Part shown: positions 40,101-53,008 of the stretch, one piece after another | Numbering within the stretch: position 1 is the first letter of the stretch | Layout of the letters: each line of letters starts with the position of its first letter | Assembly: GCA_002245135.1 (NCBI GenBank) | Contig: NGBS01000597.1 | Span: forward strand, 62,001-126,000 | DNA from: Proteromonas lacertae | Lineage: Eukaryota | DNA: 64,000 nt | Direction: 5' to 3' | Notes under the pieces: model-generated | Told to the model about the DNA's origin: nothing | Seen by the model: only the letters and a program-made list of their open reading frames with translations | Databases searched by the model: none | Program-made: the position numbers and the translations under genes

Positions 40101-43100
40101 ACATTCATTGAAGTATATGATACAACCGATTTTTCAATTAACATTACAAAAGCATTAGAAAGATATGGAGATGAAATAAAAATTGCTTCTTATCCAGTAT
40201 CTTATCTCAATTTGACTGATATATTATCAATACCAGAAAGTATAAGAAAGAAAAGTGCAATTATTGTGTTTGTTTCAATTGATTTTATCCCTATAACTGT
40301 TAATACATTATGTGAGCTTGGCATTTATCCTGATGCTGGTTATAGTATATTTGCTGTAACAATGGAACAACTGCATGCCAAATCAATTCCACCAAAATGT
40401 TTAAGTAATTATAGAATGTTAGCAACATTTACAAATGATATGGGATTAACTACATCAGATGATGTTACAAAACAAGATTCAGCAGTGACATTTGTTACTG
40501 CAATGAATGATTTGTATGGTGAAGGTTCTTGGTTTACACAACACTTAGAATCAGCATATACAAGTGTGAAAGTATGGTCTGAAGCAGCAAAAACATCATT
40601 TTCATTTGATACTGACAAAATTAAAACTGCACTTTATGGTTTATCAACCACTACTCCAGCTGGTTTATTAGTTGTTAATCCAAATGGCTTTTCAAATCGT
40701 GTAATTTATGGATTTCAAGTTGATGGAACTGGAAAAACAAAAGTGACTAGTTATTCTCCTCAACCAGAAACAGCTGATGCTTATAATCAATTGATTGAAG
40801 GAAATGAAGAATATGTTTGTGATTTTACTGATAAAGGTGTGAGATTCAAATATGATTCAGTAAAAATAGCATTATTCCATGATGCATCTAGTACAGCTCA
40901 TGATAGAGAAATGAGAATATTGACTTTAGAAGAGTATTTAATTAATGATATTAATAATAATAAAATCAATGGTTATTATATTCAACCAATCATTATATTT
41001 GGTACAACAGCTCAAGATTTTATTAATGAAATTCACAAGATTGAAAATGATACAAATATTATATTATATATGGGATGTAGAGGAGATCCATGTAGAGAGA
41101 CAGTATTAGCTGAAGCAGAAAGATTGAACATGTTCTTTATTTATACAGGTATTTCGGAAGGTTATATGTCAAGTAAGAATATGTTAGTTACTGGTAACAC
41201 AGCTTATCAAAAGATTCGTGCTTCTATAACGTATATGTTAAGTCAAGGAGTAGAAAACTTCTTATTGATTTTATCTGATGATCCAAAGATGAAGAAGTAT
41301 TTGACAACTGCCCAGTATGTATTAAAAGTTGAAGAAAAATACAGTAAAGTGAATTATATAACTGTTGAGTCAAATAGAACAGATACAAGTTATTATACTT
41401 CAATAGCATCTCAAATATCTAGTTCGAAAATAATAAATGGAAGATTATGTTGTATATTTATTTATTTATTTATTATGTTAAATAGTATTATATTTCTTGG
41501 ATGGTACATCTTCAAGAATGACATTACAAGCAATGAAAGATTATGGAATTAATTTCCATGAGATTATAGCTATTCTAATTAGATATACAAGATCAGATTA
41601 TAGTGATGGTTTCTTAACTGGAATGCCTGGAAGTTTAATAACTGTCAGTTATTCATCGTCTTTAACAACATCTTTATCTGAAGCGTTTGTAAGTGATGTG
41701 CAAGAGAATTTAGGAAATACAGCAGAGACTTTGCAAGAAATGGAATATATAAAAGTTGGTTTTGATATATGGAAATCTGCAATGATTCAAGCAGCTGAAG
41801 ATAGTGGAAATAAAATTCCACCAATTGAATATCTTAGATCTTGTATAATTGGTCAAGATGTAAAAGCACCAAGTGGTTCTGTATATGTTGAAGAGAATTT
41901 GCATTTACAGAGAAATATATTTATAATGGAAGGAAATGCAAATGGTGATTATTTACAAGTATATCCTGATACAGGACAAAGTATATTGATTGAACCAAGA
42001 CCATATCCAGAAGGTTTACCTGAATCTGCTAGATATGGTAAAAGTAAAGGCTTATTTGAATATAGCACTTCAATTGTAGCAGTTTGTTATTTGATGATGG
42101 GTATTGGTATTATATTTTCACTATTTGCATTGATATTCACAATTGTCAAACAGAAAAAACAAGTTATTCGTGCATTTGGAAGACCTTATTCTTACACATT
42201 AGCATTTCACTTGTTATTCTCATCATTTTCTGTTTTGACATATATTATTCCACCAAGTGAAACTAATGGTATATGTAAAGCTCGTGTTGCTGTAGTAGGT
42301 ATTGCGTTTAAAGGTATTTTAGGTTTATTCTATGCAAAAGTAACAAAAATATATCAGAAATATGTCAGAACTCAAAAGATTATAGTAAAAGTATAAATAT
42401 ACATTATTTATTTATTTAATTATTATAGTCGCGTGTTACTACTGCTAGAATATTATTGTTTTATGTTGGTTTTATAGTTTTAGGATTACTAGTTGTTATG
42501 GTATGGTTCTTAGCTGATATTCCAGAATATGATCCAGTTGAAACTACAAAATATTCATCCTATTTTGTAGATGTTTCAATTCGCCAATGCACAGTTTCAA
42601 CTCCTCTATTGTATTTATTTATATTATATATTGTTTATTATTAAATTAGATCTGTTGAATTAGTGATTGATGGTTTGTTGTTGTTATTCCTTATTTACTT
42701 AACAGGAAAAACAAAGAATGCTGCAAATCAACAGAATGATAGTATTGGAATGTTTATTTCTACATTGATATTGACACTATTAGGAGGAGTTATGGTAGCT
42801 TTAGATTTCAGTGTTAGTAATGAACCTGATTCAATATTGCTGTTAAGAACATTAGGAACAGAATTGATTATTATTCTAATGGTATTGTTACAGTATGGTA
42901 TAAAGTTACTTAATTTGTATTTGGATGAAACAGCAAATCTTACAACTGAGTCTGGTAGTAAACATGTAGGAACAAATGGACATTTAGGAACTGGAACTGG
43001 AACAGGAATGCATACATCAACATCAATCAGTAAAATACCAAATTCAAGTTTATTATCACAATCTGCATTTTTATCTTCTAAGATGACTCATACTCATACA

Positions 43101-43133
43101 GCCAAAACTCTCAGAACACAACAGAAACATTAA
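31172..43133 (+). CDS. Giant class C (GABA-B/mGluR-like) GPCR with nine tandem UrtA/AmiC-type periplasmic-binding (Venus flytrap) domains
   Basis: Signal peptide; repeated IN..GG[IV].G, LFYP..YEG.EC and P.G.[VL] motifs; about 11 short introns join the ORFs in frame; 7TM with VIRA...C.AR...G.FYAKVTKIY and K.KNA....NDS motifs. Confidence 0.88.
33939..34000 (+). other. Probable U12-type AT-AA intron in the GPCR gene
   Basis: 5' ATATCTTT, branch TCTTTAAT at 33983-33990, ends TAA; join gives YVGTTSKEEREAI, aligning with FGCYTSECRIAF of repeat 6. Confidence 0.75.
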
Positions 43134-43199
43134 TTAATTAATTATATAATATATCTTACATATCAATATATTATTGTTGGTGTTATTGATTGAAATTGC

Positions 43200-43207
43200 A
43201 ACAAACA
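43200..43207 (-). terminator. TGTTTGTT downstream (polyadenylation-associated) element, representative copy
   Basis: About 50 nt after the RCC1 stop; TGTTTGTN also follows the stops of several other genes. Confidence 0.45.
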
Positions 43208-43257
43208 ACAAAGATTAATAAATCATAAACGATATAAAACAGAAATTTCTGAATCAT

Positions 43258-44591
43258 TTAATTCCTTGGTTTAGCAGCTAGAAGAGTATGTCTCCATCCA
43301 ACACTTATATCTTTAACAAACAAATTTTCGCATTCCTTCATAACAGTTGGTGGATTAATCCAATCCCACTTATACACAACACCTTCATCATCAATTCCAT
43401 AAAAGCAGTTATTCCCAGATATACTCTTTACTAAATTATGTTTATTTAATTCAACCATATTCACAGGCTTTGGTGTATTAACCATCCTAGTCAATCCATT
43501 ATTTTCTCTCAATTTCCCTTGTTTTATCAATTCTAAAGCAGTTAAAGCATCTCTTAATCCATACATATATAAATTCTGATGAATATCTTGCAAGATTGTA
43601 ATATACATATTACTGTGTATATGGATGATTCTTTGTTTCATATCTATTCTTCTTGGATACAACTGATCATCATATATTTTCTTTTTAAAATTAGGTTTTA
43701 AGGATTGAAATTTACCCCAAGTATATACTTTACCATTTCCAGTTAATCCTAAACCATTTGAAAATCCTAAAGATATATCCACAATTTTATCATTATTACT
43801 TCTCACAATACTAGTTAATTTATCACATTTTACTGGTTTTCTAATATTATCATTTTCTCCAATACCTAATTGACCTCTTGTACTTTTACCCCATCCATAA
43901 ATATTACCTGATTTAGTTAAACACATTACATGTTGAAAACCACAGATAACTTTAGTTACAATTTCATCATCTAATCCTACAACTCTTCCTATTGTAAAAA
44001 TATTATTCTTATCACTTCCTTGACCACATTGACCATATTCATTATCACCAAAACTGTACAATTTACCTGATTCTGTTAAGAAAAAGGTTAATGCCATTCC
44101 TGTTGTTATATCCACTATTTTTTCATTTTCAAATATGAATTCTTCTGGTAGTAGTATATCCACTGCTGATTTACCAAAGAATTTATTGAACCACTTTGCT
44201 AATCGATGACTTGCATCATTCCATCTGCCTATTTCAAGTATATTATGAACATCATGAGTTCTTCCGAATAAATATGGCTTATTAGATGTTGATAATACTG
44301 CAGAATGTCCCCATCCTGCTGATACTTTCATAACATCTACATCTTTCAATGCTTCTATTTTCTAAAAAACTGAAAAAAAAAGATACTTTTGGAATTGCAA
44401 GACTCTCAAAATCACCATGTCCTAAACAACCAATATATCCATCTCCAAATGAATAAGCTATAAAATTCGATAGAAGTTAACAAATACCTCTAAATCCATT
44501 CTCAACATTGCTAACTAAATGACTATATATATTTTATTATACATAAACGCTTATAAATGTATTTATTCACACTTATATTAATTCTATTCAT
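43258..44591 (-). CDS. RCC1-repeat protein, possibly mitochondrial (RCC1L-like)
   Basis: YSFGDGYIGCLGHG, VSAGWGHS, LYSFGDNEYGQCGQG, ICGFQHVMCL, YGWGKSTRGQLG, SVGWRHTL; basic N-terminus ending KRLFS. Confidence 0.85.
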
Positions 44592-44650
44592 TGTTATTGG
44601 GAATTGAAAAGAAATTTGACTTGATTAGTTCAAGCTTTTCTATTTTTAAA

Positions 44651-46315
44651 ATGGAATCTGACGATGAAGAAGAAAATAAAAAGCCATTTGACTTTCAAGA
44701 AATAATGAAGCAAGCTGCTTATTTGAAAGGCGAACAACTAAAGTCTGAAAGAAAGGTTTTTGATCGTTATCCCTGTTATATTCAACACTCATTATATTAT
44801 TATGATAGTGCTGAGATAAAACGATGTGAATCACTAAAAGACAAAATCAATCAAGCTAATCAATTCAAATTAGAGGGAAATAATCTATTTCATGTATATA
44901 TACATAAGATTAAATAATGATAGGAAGGGAAGTATACTGATAGTGTAATGTCTTACGAAAAAGCCTTGACGTTGTTTGATTATTTAGAAACAAAAACACC
45001 AAATTGGAGAAGAACAGGAATATTTGATAAAGACATTACTTTAATACACATTGATAGAGAACCATATGAAGAAGAAATAGATGAATTAGTTACTTCATGT
45101 TTATCAAATTCATCTCTATGTTATTTCAATGTATTTTCATATTTTTATATATTAATAGAATAAAGAGTATAAAGAATGTATTGAATGTTGTGATGGTATA
45201 ATAGAAATGCATCCAGACAATTCAAAAGCATTTTATAGAAGAGCAATGGCAAGAATAACACCATTATCATCAGGAGCAACAGAATATGAATTAGGAATAA
45301 AAGTATTTACTATTTGTTATATATATATATATATAGGATTTAAAAGAAGCTTATCGATTGAATCCTAAAGATGCTCAAATTAATAGTAAATATCATAAAA
45401 TAATAACAAATTATAATAATCAAAAGAAGAAAGATAAAGAACAGTTTAATGGTTTGTTTAATAGAGGAAAAATTGTGGATGGTATTATATATATTGTTTA
45501 TTTTTACTGTTTAGAAAATGAAATAAAAGAAAAAGAAGACGATAAAGATAGAAAAGAGACTGAAAACCAGAAAATAAAAAGAATAAAAACAGAATTAGAT
45601 TATTGTCAAAAAATAGCAAATGATTATAGAAAAGTTGGTAAAATCGCAGATGCTGAAAGAATGGAAAGAGAAATAGAAGATACAAGAATAAAACTATATC
45701 TATATGATGAAAAGAAAAAGCAAGAGAAAGATAGAATTCATATTGATTTTGATAATCCTTCTAAAGAAATGGTTGAATTGGGAAAAAGATATGGTTTTGA
45801 TTTAACTGATCCAGAAACTAGAAAAGTATATACATATACTTTGTAATATGTTAATATATATATATATAGTTGCTAGCTGATATTCAAGATGATTCAGAGA
45901 AATCTTATGAAGTAGATGAAGAATCATTGAACAATAATGATAGTAAACATAATAATGATATAAGAAGGAGATATATGAATAATGAAATGAATGAAATTGA
46001 TGAAAAAAAGTCATTCATACCAGCAGATTGGGGTTGTAATGAGATTAAGAGTTATTTGGAGAGTGAAGGTTATGATACAAAGTGTATGGATGAAGTGCAT
46101 CTTAGAGTATATAATTATATATTCATACACTCATTTTTTCATAGAGATTAGCCAATATTATATTAAAGGATGAAATTGAAAATCATGACAAACCTAAGAA
46201 AAAGAAGCGTTGGTCTAGTGCAGCTATATCATTTGTTGTGTTTTTTGTCATCTTTTTCTTTAGATCGGTATATTTAGCATGGAGGATGGTGAAAGAAAAG
46301 AATCAACTTTATTAA
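44651..46315 (+). CDS. TPR-domain protein with coiled coil and C-terminal TM anchor
   Basis: ANQFKLEGNNLF, YEKAL, CLSNSSLCY, PDNSKAFYRRA, AYRLNPKD; C-terminal AAISFVVFFVIFFF. Confidence 0.8.
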
Positions 46316-46428
46316 ATTAACTTATTTTTTGATTTTTTAATGTAAATATGTTTGTAATTAAGGATATTATAGGAATCTAAATATTTCTGAATCAAGCCTA
46401 GACTTGATCAACGTATCAAAAGAAAAAC

Positions 46429-49400
46429 ATGTTTAAGAGAGCTATATTACTCCTATGTATATATTATCATATATAAATTATTTTAGACATGCTCTTAAAT
46501 GTGTTAGGATCTAGTTATTACAGTAATGGACCATTTAAGTATTTAGCTCCACTTTCAATACAATATCCTCAAAAAGAATATACTTTATATATTTATGACA
46601 CAGTTTATCCCATAAAACCAATACTTAGCCAACCAGTATATAATTTCACAGTTGAACCATCTTTACCATCTGCAATTACACTTGACTCTGAGACTGGTGT
46701 TATTAGTGGGTATTGCTTAAAAATAATAAATCAAACCTACACAATTACAGCTCATTTAAGCAATGAAAAGAAAGCTTCCACAAAAATCTATTTCACAGTA
46801 TCAGCAAAACCTATATTATCTGAAAATAACCAGTTCAATTTCAGATTTGATGATGATCCAAATTGCCCAACAAATGGAAGAAAATATTATATTGGTTCAT
46901 TTCCATCAGTATATACAACTTCAGTAAACTATTATAATTCCCATTTTGTCATTCCCACAAAATCATTATCAGAAATAAATCCATTATTAACATTTAATTA
47001 TAAGAATGAAAATGTAAAATCAATTGATATTCAAATCAATTCAAATTCAATGTTAAAAGAGAAAAAAGTTGATAAAGAAAGTGAAAATGATGAAATTGTC
47101 ATGAACATTCCAATAGAATATATAACAAAGGGAAGAAATGAAATAACAATCATTATTAAGAAAATAAAGCCAAGTAATGATAATAACCTATTTACAGTTT
47201 CAATTAAATATAATATTGAAGATTATAAAAAAGCGATATTGGAACATCGAAGAAGAGTATTAGAAGATGAAAAAAAAATTATTGATTTTGGTGAATCACT
47301 TGAGTTATATGAATTTATATTAGGTATTAATTATGAATTACCATATAATTTAACTGATGGTAAAGATTATTGTGTTACATTCGTTGATAATAAAACATAT
47401 GTAGGTAAAGGAGGATTAAGTGAAAATGATCTTATCTATACATATGGTATTTCATTAGATACTGTAGCAAAGAAATTAGTAATAAAAGGTGTTAGTAGAA
47501 CTGAGGAGAATATAACAGTAGTTGTAGGTGTATATGAAAAGGGAGATAGAGATGCTTGTGGAAATATATTTCCAAGTAATTTTACTGATTTTAACGATAC
47601 AGAAAAATTAATTATTAAATTAAGATGTCCTCCTCCTTCTAATTTTCAGTTTATTCTTTCTGAAAGTACTAGTAAAGCATATGTTGGTGAGAAGTTTTCA
47701 TATATGGTAAATGTGTATTTCACAGGTGGTACAATAGAAAAATGTCCAAACAATATTTATGTTGCAGATGAAGATTCTTCATATTTTACTAATATGGGAT
47801 TAAATATAACAGGAGGAGGTCAGACTAAGAATTATCATTTGAAAGGAACTCCACAATATAGAGATATTAATTTCAATTTCACAGTTTATATGAAGAATGC
47901 AGATGATAAATCAAACGATTATTTTGTTAAATTCCCTATTTATTATAATAAACCAAAGAATTTGAAATATGAGACAGAACCTATAATTATGTGGTATCAT
48001 TATAACTATTCCAGTGAAAGTTCAAATATTACATTAAATGCAACTGTTGATATAAAAAGTGAACCAAAATATACAATAGTATATAATCAAGGTTTGTTGA
48101 ACAGTTATGGTATTTATATAAATGAAAGTACTGGTAGTTTGTATGGATATCCCAATAATAGGACTATGTTAGATTCTACAAAACAAGCAATTCAATTCGA
48201 AGTACAAGGTTCAAATGAAGGTGGTCAAACTACTCAACCATTTAATCTTCGTGTATTATATGGTCCACCAAATGGATTAGATATTGAACCGAAATATGTA
48301 TATATGGAATTAGAAGAAAATATTGATCGATTTCATATAGATTGTTATGATTGTTATATATTGAATTACACAAAAGATTTTTGTGGAGAAAATGTAAGTG
48401 TTGATTCAGGAATAGAATTTAATAATAGATCTAATAATGAAAATTCACTTAATCCTCTTTATATTGATCTGAGTGATTATAATAATATCAATACAAAAGA
48501 TAGAGAAGATAAATTATATTTGAATAATAATACAGATACATATTTGTTTGAAGGTGATGCAGTTAATAAAGGTGATTATACATATTGTATAAGAGCATGT
48601 AATGATCAAGGATGTAGTAATCCAGTTGAAATAGAAATAGAAATAATCTGTCCAATTGTAAAGAACTTTACTTATGAAGGTGGTTACAGTGAAACAGATG
48701 ATGTAATTAATTCTGATGAAAATGAAGATTATAGATTTGAGGATTATGCAGATATAGGTAAAGATTATAGTTACATATTCTTAAATGGAACTGATGTTCA
48801 ACCTAATTTTTCACCTAATCCGAATTTACATTTAAAAAAAAATACAATGAATCAATGTAATTATACATACACAATTGAAGATGAAGATATATTATCAGAT
48901 GTAGGTGTTGATTTTAATGAATTAGATGGTAAATTCTATGGAACTCCATACGATGTTACTAATATTACAGCATATAATATAACTGTATATAATGAAGTGG
49001 GAAATGAAACATTAGATCAAGAATATATTTGGGTTGTTTATCCAAAACCAGGAAAGATTTATTATAATATGTATAATGTATCAGTAAGAGTATATTTGGA
49101 TTGGTTAGATGTATATCCAATTAATGTAAATGATTATGTTACAGCATTTAGATTAGCTGGTGATGAAGCTGGAAGAATCAATTTCTTAAACGAGCATGCT
49201 TTAGATTATTCTACTAAAAGTGGTAGATTTTGGGGTTTAGCTAATTCATCATTTGGATGGGAAGAGTTTGGAGTATTTGGTAAGAATGATAGAGGAAATT
49301 CTACAAATGTAACTGTTATTTCTATAATGGCTTACTGTGTAGAAGCTCAGAATTTAACATACACTGATTTGAATAATTGTAAAATTAATAAAACAGATCC

Positions 49401-51978
49401 ATTTTGTTTTAGAGAAGGTTATTTAAAAGCATATGTTGGTGAATATATTGGTATTTATAAACCAACATTTTGGTGTTGTGATTATATGTATTTATATTGT
49501 GACAAAGAATTAGAACTGAGAAAGAGTGGTATATTCTTCAACAGATTAACAGGTGATTTTCAAGGAAATGTAACTCAACCTTTTCCTGAACAAGTTGTTC
49601 ATTTTTATGTGTTTAATAGTGTTGATTATGATAAAGCAACAGGAATATCTATTCCTTTTAATTTGACAGTTTATTTTACACATCCACCACCATCCAATCT
49701 AAGATATTCTCCAAATCCTGTTACTTTTTATGTGAATGTAACAATTAATCCAATGATTCCTACTATTGATGGTGTTGTTTATAATTATACTATTAGTAAA
49801 GAATTTGAAGAATTAGAAGGTTTAGAATTTGATAACAAAACTGGTATTATATCTGGAATTCCTGAAGAAGTAACAGATAAACCAATAATATTGAATATCA
49901 CAGCATGTAATGATGAAGGATGTGTTTATTTCGAATTGAATATAACAATTGATATTCTTAAAGAAAATACTATAATGTATTTACCAAAGAAATACATCTT
50001 CCCAATAAATGACTATTCAGAAATATCAAAACCATCCTATTATACGCAACAATCAACATTATTGAAATTTGAAATAAGTGATTATGATTATTTAACATCA
50101 ATTGGTTTTATATTCAATACAACAGATGGTTCAATTAAAGGAACACCAACCATATTGGTAGAAGAACATGAGTTTATTATCACTGGTTATTTTAACGATA
50201 GTGATAATCCAACAGATAGAATATCAATACAAGTGTATGATCCATATCAATTCCCAATATATATACCAGAATCAGCTGTATTTGATGAAAATTCACTTCA
50301 TATTTGTTTGAATTATACTCATCCAAAAGGATTGCCTATTATATGTAGATTATATAATAATATTACCTTAACCAATGAATGGGAAACTGTTCCTCAATTT
50401 ATTGGCTTATTAGATGGTCAGTTTTATTCAATTATAATGAAGAATCATTCAATTTTATTAGATGAAAGTAGCAAATATTATTATCACGGATTAGTTCATA
50501 ATTTATTAGGTTCTACAATTAAAGATATTAATTTCATTATTGAAACAGGAGGTGATGAAAATGAAAGTGTTTATTTGACTGAAGAACAAACATTAGAAAC
50601 TACAGATGTTGGCTTTATATTTTCATATGCAAGTAAATCACATTTCTATAGTATTTTAGTAAAAGTGGAAGGTGATTTTTATACTAATTTGACTGTAGAG
50701 AATTATGCATTATTTGTAGCACACAGTTATTCATCTTCATTTGTTAAAGTGATGATAGAAAGTGAAGGTAATGTTACAATTAATAATCTTGGAAGTATAG
50801 GTATAATGCTTTGTAATGGTGAAAGTTTATCCATAAAGAATTCTTATATTCATATGAATATTGTAGAGTATAAAGATCCAGTTTATGCTGGTTTATTTGC
50901 TGGTGTTTGTACATTCTGTTCATTTTTAAATTCATTCAGTCATGTCCATACTTTTAATACTTATGTTATTTACTATGGTGATTTTTATATATCAGGATTT
51001 ATTGGTGTTTCAGATTCTTCTAATTTTACTAATATTATGACGACTGTTGGAGAGTTTAATATTCAAGATGATCTAAGATTTAATGGAAAAGTTGGTCTTG
51101 AAATGAGAAAAATGCAGAATCAAGTGATAAGTGAATTAGTTGGTCATTCTCAAAGTTCAAAATACCTTACATGTAATACATATTCTAAATATAATATAAT
51201 GAATACAGGCTTAAAGTTTGGAATTGGAATTGGTTCAGATGTTGCATTTAGAAATAATTCAATTGCTGAGAGTTATTTTACAGTTTATTATAAGGATTTA
51301 GATAAGTCAAACAATTTCAAAACATTACCAATGAGATCCAATATTACTAACACTATATTATATGTAAAACCTGATTTAGATGATTATTTTAATGATAATA
51401 AGGATGAAATAAAGGAAAATAATAAGCCAATCAGAGAAGATGTTTATATTTTGTATAATAATGGTGAAGAAGTAAATTTAACAAAATATGAAGGAGTAAA
51501 AAGTGTTAAATTTAATGAAAGTTTAGATTCAAAGTTATTCGATGGATTAGATTTCTCAATATTTGGTTATTGGTCATATGTAGTTCCATATGAAGTGATT
51601 AAATCATTAGAGGATATAACTAATCCACCAGAAGATAAAGGAGAATTGAAGTTTAAAAAGTCAGTATTTCAATCAAGATTACCAATTAGACTTGATAAAG
51701 GAAATAATACATTTGAATACTGGCCTGTTGCTGGTAATTGTTATATTGTGTTAGATGAATGTTGGGATGTTGAAACATGGGAAATTAAGACAAAGAACTT
51801 CCCTGTGTTGAATAGATTCAGAACAGATTATCATTATGAGAAACCATTTGAATCATTTGTTGATAAATACTCTACACAGTGTTTGCCAGAGTGTAGTAAG
51901 CAGCAGCAGTGTATTAATTATAAATGTGTTTGTATTAACGGAATGAAAGGTTTAGATTGTGATATACCATTTAATTAA
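46429..51978 (+). CDS. Large secreted He_PIG-repeat glycoprotein with a terminal EGF-like domain
   Basis: Signal MFKRAILLL/YMLLNVLG (one intron); repeated GL.FD..TG.I.G.P and AxNxxGC motifs; many N-x-S/T sequons; C-terminal C...C...C.C..G..G.DC. Confidence 0.8.
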
Positions 51979-52244
51979 AATTAAAATCTCTCTATTTATA
52001 CATATTATTTTGATAATTTGTTGTGTTTGTCGATATTTATGAAACTAAATTAGAGATTGGAATAGAGCGTATTTCATACTTACTTAGCTACAACTTAACA
52101 TGGTAAATACAATATTATTTCTCTGTAAAACTCTATATACAAAAATAATGATTATTTAACAAAAAAAATGAATGAATCGGCTTGAACAGACAAACGTTGT
52201 TTTCATTTTCTTTGTTCAATTTTTTAGAGGCATTATCTACATTT

Positions 52245-52844
52245 ATGGACAAGAACAACTCAGGTACTCGTCAAGCACGCACAAACAGTCAAGAGTCCTT
52301 TTATAGACCCAACTTTTTAGTAAAACCACAGAATCCCAATTACTTGAAAGACAGATTTAGAAATAAATCAATGTCGTACAATTTAAAACAAGGAGAAATA
52401 AATAGAGTGTTATCTAACCAGAGTTCACCCATCACAACAAAATACTGTTTCAATATATCAACCAAGACGCAATCAATATCATTTAGTCATCATGATCAAA
52501 GGTCATCATTAGGATCACCAAGAAGGAATAGTACTATACAACGGAAGGAAGAATCGTCATTACCATTCCTATATGGGCATTTGAATGAATATAATATCAA
52601 AACACATTACATAGATTTGTTTCTCAGAATTAATGATAAAACAGTCAGATATAAAGACTATCTCTCCAGTTATGCATCTATAGCCTTAGATTTATACAAA
52701 AGAAGTTTAATACCACTAATAAGTCTCGATTATTATACCAGACAAATTACATGCTTTGTAAGTCCGAAGATAAGAAAATTAGATATGGAAGGAGAGGTAT
52801 TTTGGGGTGAAACAAGTCCAGTTAAACATAAAAGTGGTAAATAA
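52245..52844 (+). CDS. Hypothetical protein
   Basis: About 200-codon intronless ORF from ATG 52245 in very AT-rich DNA; no family recognised. Confidence 0.55.
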   Translation: MDKNNSGTRQARTNSQESFYRPNFLVKPQNPNYLKDRFRNKSMSYNLKQGEINRVLSNQSSPITTKYCFNISTKTQSISFSHHDQRSSLGSPRRNSTIQRKEESSLPFLYGHLNEYNIKTHYIDLFLRINDKTVRYKDYLSSYASIALDLYKRSLIPLISLDYYTRQITCFVSPKIRKLDMEGEVFWGETSPVKHKSGK

Positions 52845-53008
52845 ATGCGGTGAATATGTTTATAATATTTTTTTAGTTATTTATAACGCAATATGTAATT
52901 AATGTGTTTTGTGACTTATATTGATAGTTTTATTTTTAATAAACATACAAAGAAATAAAAAAACATAATTAAAAAAAGCAGAAAATCAATTAAACATAAT
53001 ATATTGAG

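Noticed and set aside
44362..44387. GTATCTTT donor in RCC1 as a GT-AG U12 intron
   Set aside because: Only about 25 nt long with no TTAAT branch motif; fits the major class
52076..52180. ATACTTACTTAG resembling the U1 snRNA 5' end
   Set aside because: No U1 stem-loop I/II motifs or convincing structure follow
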